Positions 59,301 through 64,000 of a stretch of 64,000 nucleotides of DNA are shown here, piece after piece. The notes beneath the pieces were generated by a model, which ran no database searches, was not told where the DNA came from, and saw nothing but the letters and a program-made list of their open reading frames with translations. The stretch spans positions 4,905-68,904 of the forward strand of contig JBBUGM010000006.1 of NCBI GenBank assembly GCA_038077975.1. Direction: 5' to 3'. Position 1 is the stretch's first letter, and each line of letters begins with the position of its first letter. Made by a program: the position numbers and the translations under genes. The stretch is from Patescibacteria group bacterium (GTDB lineage Bacteria; Patescibacteriota; Minisyncoccia; UBA6257; 2-01-FULL-56-20).

Positions 59301-59510
59301 GGAGAAGATGTAAAAGCGCTTCAAGAATTGCTTCTTGCCGAAGGGGTGTATACAGAAGGCCTTATCACGGGATTTTTCGGATCGCTCACCAAGCAAGCTG
59401 TTATTAGGTTCCAGGAGAAATATGCGGATGAGGTTTTGGCTCCGGCCGGGCTCGTGAACGGAACCGGATACGTTGGTCCCGCGACGAGAGCGAAGATCCA
59501 AGAGCTCTAA
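56328..59510 (+). CDS. Large secreted surface protein: FN3-like, carboxypeptidase-regulatory-like repeats, two peptidoglycan-binding domains
   Basis: Signal peptide; WQDNS.DE..F, Y.VRAVD.AGN; duplicated GEDVKALQ..L...TGFFG.LT.QAVIRFQ. Confidence 0.82.
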   Translation: MRRILVLSVMFLALGLSFLPRGADAFSFSNLRAENIYGPGAQIKWTTDESGDSKVYYGTSPGNYPNHAAGDCLSPSSPVFEHCVNLTNLAASTKYYYVVKTTVASGSYPEYTSEEKNFDSATSSSTSTSTSTGTSPPAAPSGFIAALSGNDVKLDWQDNSSDESDFKIFRRPQGGIWAFIISLSQNVTSFTEFGFAVNFSPGTYEYHVNACNPAGCSPDSNIVSVSIGGAPPSTTTTEATSSQPTAQTTVVSGIALDPIGKAVAGAGVRIFKEDFSRNYGILSGADGSWKISGVEAGNYWLEAMPPPERTELSRAEPFRFSISDNETKVFTLKFVGTSKNVSGAASFSDGTPISDAEVGAYSSETKQWKSVFVDSGGRYNLALSGGIWQLGTRPRDPASAKWSWNGPFSEVVFADDITPESRTVNFVIPISDSKVIISVRDEAGKPLEGAGIMLDTLSAGDQSSLRPPPDYKKSDAQGLATFLARAGTYYLRAFLPSELGYLNPEEQKISILSGETKDIAFVFRRPTLFETVKVFGTTKISGVGPVDAFVWAWSEKGGNVNLRASAGGEFIAVLQRGDKWRIGAGKEENGIPYKSGEIILDTSQPVGLVELILERYGLEALPPPVSTSQSATKEIFVQTADGAEVRIPPSAAGTSGTVSVEITPTIEAPSQPAAKVVSTVYEVTIKDSAGTNIETLQDETEIVIPYDPEVLKDQGITEDAVVPSFFDESTGVWVKVESYTVDKIRKVFILRVTHLTIFALVAAADTTPPNPPTNVTASYGTDGSIVISWINPTADFSHVRVYRSTERGFLGDVIATNLKKNTLTDINVTKGVVYYYVVRAVDPAGNETSNKNQVVIEATQTLSVPQGAIAKLEILRNLSAGSSGEDVKALQSLLLAEGVYPQGLITGFFGELTRQAVIRFQEKYADEVLAPAGLTSGNGFVGPLTRKKVNALTLGAAAPAAEAPPAETPPQAPLGQATKAEILRDLTVGSTGEDVKALQELLLAEGVYTEGLITGFFGSLTKQAVIRFQEKYADEVLAPAGLVNGTGYVGPATRAKIQEL

Positions 59511-60473
59511 ATGCCAAAAAGCATTTTCGGCAAATTGTCGGTTATCGCCGTCATAGTTGCCGTCTTTGGCGGCTTTTCCTTTGCCGGTTATTACTATTTT
59601 AGAGAGGAGAATATTCTTCCGGCGAGAGAACTGCGCATCGCGCATTTTTATAACGATCCAGAAACAAGCATTGAGAAGATTGGTCTTAGGGTTTTTTACG
59701 CGGTTCCCAAAAATCGCGAAAAAGATTTTGATCAAAAATGGCGCGGAAAAATCGATCCGGTGCTCCTCCGGGCGTCGCGATTTCATTTTTTAGAGCTGCG
59801 CGGTCTTTCCGAGTTAGACTACAAACTTTTTCCTCAGCCGGTTTTTTTGGAACACGACGATCCATTTTATTCCACCTCGACCGACGGCGGCAATCCGCGC
59901 GCCTTGATTGCTATTGCTGAAGAAATTGACAGGCGTGTCTTCGGCGCAGGCGGCGATCTTTATGATCCCGAATTTGCGAAATTTGAAGAAGGCCCGCCTC
60001 GCGTCGATGAGCCGACGCGAGTCGAGGCGGGCGAATATCCGGCGATGGGTATTATTTACGAAGGCGTTGGAGCTTCTGGCGGCATTATCTATAAGACAGA
60101 AGAGGACTTGACGCGCGCAGAGATCGCAATGCGTTTAGGCGTGCCGGAATCAATGGTTTTCCTCTTGGACATCGAGTCGGTGCGCGGATTTTTCATCTTG
60201 AATTACGAATTTTTGAGCGACAAGGAGTTTTCTGTTTTTGGCCCCACCTACCTTTACCACGAGTTCGGCCACTCGTATGGTTTGCCGGACCGCGACGAAG
60301 CGGCCCCGTTTAGTGTCGACTCGCCTCAACTCGGCGAAGCGGGCGATCAAGCGCGGTTCGAGGCCAACAAAGCGCCTCCTGGCAATGACATTATGGGCTA
60401 CGGCCGGAAAGAGCCGCTTGAGGTAATGTATATTGGAAGGGATTTGCTCAAAGGGTTAGGGGTTATTGATTAA
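59511..60473 (+). CDS. Membrane-anchored zincin-type metallopeptidase-like protein
   Basis: N-terminal TM, HEFGHSYGLPD, Met-turn-like DIMG. Confidence 0.7.
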   Translation: MPKSIFGKLSVIAVIVAVFGGFSFAGYYYFREENILPARELRIAHFYNDPETSIEKIGLRVFYAVPKNREKDFDQKWRGKIDPVLLRASRFHFLELRGLSELDYKLFPQPVFLEHDDPFYSTSTDGGNPRALIAIAEEIDRRVFGAGGDLYDPEFAKFEEGPPRVDEPTRVEAGEYPAMGIIYEGVGASGGIIYKTEEDLTRAEIAMRLGVPESMVFLLDIESVRGFFILNYEFLSDKEFSVFGPTYLYHEFGHSYGLPDRDEAAPFSVDSPQLGEAGDQARFEANKAPPGNDIMGYGRKEPLEVMYIGRDLLKGLGVID

Positions 60474-60477
60474 GACC

Positions 60478-60572
60478 TAATGCGAAATGCGCGAACACGA
60501 TTATGCGAATCATGCGAAAACGAAACCGTTTTATTTCGCAATATTCGCATAGTTAATTCGTAATTTCGCATT
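60478..60572. repeat. Inverted short repeat arrays (TGCGAA ... TTCGCA)
   Basis: Periodic GCGAA/ACGA units mirrored by TTCGCA/TTCGTA. Confidence 0.65.
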
Positions 60573-60581
60573 ATTATAATT

Positions 60582-62429
60582 ATGTTCCGCGGCAAACTGC
60601 GCAACAAAATAATTTTCTTTATGGTGCTTGTGAGTGTCGTGCCGGTGCTCGCCGCTGGCTTTTTGTCCGTGTGGAGTATCACCTTATCGCACAAAATTGA
60701 TGTCGCCAATCTCGAAACGGCTCTTATTGAGCAGAAATACAACGAAATCAAGCGTTTTATGGATAACACGGTGCTTGGGAATATCATTGTTAACGTATCC
60801 TATGAACAGACAACGGACGTTGCGCCGCAAGATCAAAAGTTCTTGTTGGGCGGTATTTTGGAGAGGGTCCCGGGGCTGGAATGGGTTTCTTTCATCAATT
60901 TAGAAGGCCGCGAAACCACGAGATTGACACGTTTGGAGCCGGATGGCGTTTCTGAAGAAGACCTGCGAAATTGGAGCGGGATAGAGGGATTCTCCGAAGC
61001 CAAAGCAGAGAACACTTATTTGAGCCCGGTTCATTTCACCTTGAACGGTCCGATGGTTACGGTTTTGGCTCCCGCGAAAAATAAAAACGGAGTTGTGATA
61101 TTTGTTACGGCTGCCGAAGCAAATTTAGAGAAGATCAGAGAAGTGGTGGAAAATGCGTCGCTCGGCAGCTCGGGGTATGTTTACCTTGCCGATCAATCGG
61201 GGTCGTTTATCGTCGGTAGCGGCCCATTCGATAATATTGGCGGGGGGACCAGCTTGGAGGGCGTCGGCATCATTTCCGGTCTTACGGGACGGAGCGGGAT
61301 ACGCGCATCCGATTGGAAAATCTCGGCGCGGCGCGAAGATGCGAAAGACGACATCACCATAAAGAGGGATTTTCTTGGCACAGAAGGACAGAGGAAATAC
61401 GAAAGCTTTTTTGGAGAAAAAGTGGTTGCCGCCGGCAGGTTTCTGCCGGAGTATAACTGGGCTCTGATCGCCGAGTGGCCCGTAAAGGAGGCGGATGCGA
61501 GCGTCAACGAACTTATCTACAACAACGGAATGGTTTCCATAGCCGTTTTTGCGGCAGCGGTAGGCGCGAGCATTTTACTTGCCACATTTATCGTTCGTCC
61601 CGTTAAAACTTTGGAGGCGGGGACGGAAAGGGTTGCTCAAGGCAAGTTCGAAGAAAAAATAGAGATAAAAACCGGCGACGAGCTTGAAGAGCTGGGTGCG
61701 GCGTTCAACAAAATGATGGCTGGCCTAAAGCGCTTGGAAGAACTGAAAGAAGAGTTCGTCTTCGTTGCCGCGCACGAATTGCGCACACCAGTCGCGGCGA
61801 TGAAGGGGTATTTATCGCTTATTTTGGACGGCACGACTGGCGGAGTGAATGACCGCACCAAGGATTTTATAACTAAAGTAATTCAATCCAACAATCGCCT
61901 TGTTCAGCTTGTGAACGATCTCCTCGAAGTTTCTCGTTCCGAAGCCGGCCGGCTGACGATCAGGGTTTCGCCGATCGATCTTGTGTCTCCGATCCATGAT
62001 GTCTTGGTAGAGCTCGAAAAAATGGCTGAAGAAAAGCATGTGCAGCTCGTGCATGAAACTTTGCCGCAAATGCCAAAAATTTTAGCAGACCCAGATCGCT
62101 TGAAGGAAGTACTCGTGAACTTGGTCGGAAATTCCATCAAATACATGGGCGGCTCGGGCACTGTTACTATTTCTCACGAGCTAAAAGCTAACGAGCTCAT
62201 TACTCACATCAAAGATACCGGCATCGGCATGTCCAAAGAAGCCCAGGAGAAACTTTTTGAAAAGTTTTACAGGATTGCCACGGACAAGACGCGCGAAATC
62301 ACGGGCACCGGCCTCGGCCTTTTCATCGTCAAAGAGATCATCGAAAAAATGAACGGAAAAATTTGGGCAACGTCAGAAGGGGAGGGGAAGGGGTCTACGT
62401 TCAGCTTCAGTTTGCCAGTTGCAAAGTAG
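60582..62429 (+). CDS. Sensor histidine kinase (Cache-HAMP-HisKA-HATPase)
   Basis: Two TM, GDELEELG.AFN.M, AHELRTP, NL..NSIKY, DTGIG, GTGLGL. Confidence 0.93.
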   Translation: MFRGKLRNKIIFFMVLVSVVPVLAAGFLSVWSITLSHKIDVANLETALIEQKYNEIKRFMDNTVLGNIIVNVSYEQTTDVAPQDQKFLLGGILERVPGLEWVSFINLEGRETTRLTRLEPDGVSEEDLRNWSGIEGFSEAKAENTYLSPVHFTLNGPMVTVLAPAKNKNGVVIFVTAAEANLEKIREVVENASLGSSGYVYLADQSGSFIVGSGPFDNIGGGTSLEGVGIISGLTGRSGIRASDWKISARREDAKDDITIKRDFLGTEGQRKYESFFGEKVVAAGRFLPEYNWALIAEWPVKEADASVNELIYNNGMVSIAVFAAAVGASILLATFIVRPVKTLEAGTERVAQGKFEEKIEIKTGDELEELGAAFNKMMAGLKRLEELKEEFVFVAAHELRTPVAAMKGYLSLILDGTTGGVNDRTKDFITKVIQSNNRLVQLVNDLLEVSRSEAGRLTIRVSPIDLVSPIHDVLVELEKMAEEKHVQLVHETLPQMPKILADPDRLKEVLVNLVGNSIKYMGGSGTVTISHELKANELITHIKDTGIGMSKEAQEKLFEKFYRIATDKTREITGTGLGLFIVKEIIEKMNGKIWATSEGEGKGSTFSFSLPVAK

Positions 62430-62474
62430 CATGCTATCATTACGTTAGAAACTTTTGGAAGCGAGGTTACGATT

Positions 62475-62759
62475 ATGTGTACAAGGCAGTCAAAGTGCGG
62501 CATCATTGTTTCTCTTGAACAACGTATGTCTGCCAGAAACGCCGAATTAACCGAGTCCAAGAGAGAAAGCTTAGATCGGGCCGTACTGGATGCCATACGG
62601 ACACATCCTGCCCTGACTCCGGTTTTGTTAATGTTTTACCTGGAAAATACTTATCCGATTTCGTGGAGGGACGGCGACATCAAAGATGCTTTGTATCGAC
62701 TCACGGAAAGCGGCAAAATTGTACTCAACAGCGACCGCACATTTGGCTTGGCTGCTTGA
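62475..62759 (+). CDS. Hypothetical protein, possible winged helix
   Basis: GAGG SD; IKDALYRL.ESGKI pattern. Confidence 0.5.
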   Translation: MCTRQSKCGIIVSLEQRMSARNAELTESKRESLDRAVLDAIRTHPALTPVLLMFYLENTYPISWRDGDIKDALYRLTESGKIVLNSDRTFGLAA

Positions 62760-62858
62760 AGGTTCGTATTCCCCGTCCATGTCGGATGGGGATTTTTTGT
62801 AAATTCCAAAACACGATGCTATGATGTGAGTAGAATTTTGTGAACAGGAGTAGCCGAG

Positions 62859-63149
62859 ATGGATAACCGTTTGTTGTCGGCAACGGTGAAGAAGCTATAT
62901 ACCTTTGCCGATGTGCATGACGCTACTCTTACTATTGAAAGGGACGCTAATCTCGACCAATTCGTAGCATTTCTCCGCGACAAGAAGACCAAGGAAAGAT
63001 TGGGACTAAAAACTGAAAAAGGTATTTATGATAGCGTCATTTTTGAACATGTATCAGGCGTAGACCGGTCTCCAGTTGTGGCAATATGCAGATTAGCCGA
63101 AAAAGTTGAGAGCCACGACTTTCAGCTTGTGGTTCGGAGGAAGCGGTAA
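62859..63149 (+). CDS. Hypothetical protein
   Basis: AGGAG SD, ATG start. Confidence 0.55.
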   Translation: MDNRLLSATVKKLYTFADVHDATLTIERDANLDQFVAFLRDKKTKERLGLKTEKGIYDSVIFEHVSGVDRSPVVAICRLAEKVESHDFQLVVRRKR

Positions 63150-63376
63150 TGACCGACGCCGAGCGCCTGGAAAGATTGACCGAGATCGCGAGCTTCGCAA
63201 ATCGCGAACCCTTGACCGACGCAGAGTTCGCATTCTTGGAAAATAACTTCGAATGGAACGCGCAACTTTTGCGCCGAGTCCGTTTTACCCGCGCGCGTCC
63301 CTTCGAGGCCTTCCTCGATGGCTTTACAGAGAGGTGTCTAACTTGTAGAGTCGAACGCAATTATTGCTGTGATTAA
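63149..63376 (+). CDS. Hypothetical protein
   Basis: Coupled (TAATG) to upstream ORF. Confidence 0.45.
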   Translation: MTDAERLERLTEIASFANREPLTDAEFAFLENNFEWNAQLLRRVRFTRARPFEAFLDGFTERCLTCRVERNYCCD

Positions 63377-63407
63377 AATATTTCCCCGTCCGAAAATGGA
63401 CGGGGAA

Positions 63408-63749
63408 TTAATTTTCCAGAATCACCTCAAACGCGACGTATTCTTTTACCGGACCGAGCAGTTCAAGGTTTTCTTTTATTGCTTCCTGTTTGTTTTTCGC
63501 GCACGGTTCGATTTGCTCGAACGGTATCAGCCGGAAAATTGTTTGGAGTGAGCCGAAAACGACTCTGCCAATCTTTCCGTACAAGCGTGGGCCGCTGTAG
63601 CCGCAAGACAAAGTTGTTTTTCTTCCGGTGCGGAGCTGACCTCTATTCCACTGCCGTTCAGCGCGTCGCACTTCCCATCGCTTTCCGCGCGAACGGAAAT
63701 CCTCGAACGATTCTGTCGCGAGCGGTACGAAAACGGGTGTTTCGTTCAT
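63408..63749 (-). CDS. ASCH/PUA-like domain protein
   Basis: F.....GKRWEVR motif, C-terminal YVAFEV. Confidence 0.55.
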   Translation of the reverse strand: MNETPVFVPLATESFEDFRSRGKRWEVRRAERQWNRGQLRTGRKTTLSCGYSGPRLYGKIGRVVFGSLQTIFRLIPFEQIEPCAKNKQEAIKENLELLGPVKEYVAFEVILEN

Positions 63750-63964
63750 ACTGCTTTACGTCTCATCACTTCGTCTCTCTCTATGCGGCGCGATGGCAAT
63801 GCTAACGTACCAGTTTTAGCAAGCTGCACTTCATTCAGGAGCTGCAGTAAGCTCGGGTCGTTCACAAAATCCCACGAACCCTTATATTTCCGGCTAATTT
63901 TTTCTCTCCACTCTTGAGTTAAACGGACATATTCGTACCGCTCTTCTATTGGAACAAAGTCCAT
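63746..63964 (-). CDS. Hypothetical protein (start may lie further upstream)
   Basis: Coupled (ATGA) to downstream ORF. Confidence 0.4.
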   Translation of the reverse strand: MDFVPIEERYEYVRLTQEWREKISRKYKGSWDFVNDPSLLQLLNEVQLAKTGTLALPSRRIERDEVMRRKAV

Positions 63965-64000
63965 GTCCGGATCCCAGAGGATCCTCGCGAGCGTGATTAC

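Noticed and set aside
62475-64000. Prophage edge
   Set aside because: Small unknown ORFs only; no integrase, terminase or structural genes visible.
1-64000. Alternative genetic code (UGA=Gly)
   Set aside because: Conserved genes are uninterrupted under code 11, and ssb ends at TGA right after its canonical LPF tail.

Overview
Bacterial chromosomal segment, genetic code 11. It most resembles Patescibacteria/Parcubacteria (CPR); this is an inference from compact housekeeping genes lacking Shine-Dalgarno sites, a DUF4012-like gene and rplK without rplA. The backbone is rodA, mltG, a fused rpoB-rpoC, rpsF, ssb, rplK, tmk, gatB, miaA, thrS, serS, alr, ftsQ-like, lepA, guaB-like, pcm, tRNA-Gly and a metal ABC transporter. 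The standout is a complete but highly divergent Pup/UBact-type proteasome locus at about 17.1-26.4 kb: 20S beta, 20S alpha, ARC/Mpa ATPase, Dop, PafA, then a 49-aa acidic ORF missing from the ORF track (23537-23686) that ends in DDGE rather than GGE/GGQ or R[ST]G[EQ], then Lon. The ATPase lacks the GQYL docking tail, and the alpha subunit appears to have lost the matching pocket lysine. Also notable: three orphaned, recoded copies of gene 3' ends (gatB, DUF4012-like, lepA) marking insertion or inversion scars; many palindromic or short-repeat elements inserted in frame in housekeeping genes; a probable stand-alone DGR target gene; and a hairpin-interrupted tRNA-Gly pseudogene. All homology calls are by-eye motif recognition; no searches were run.
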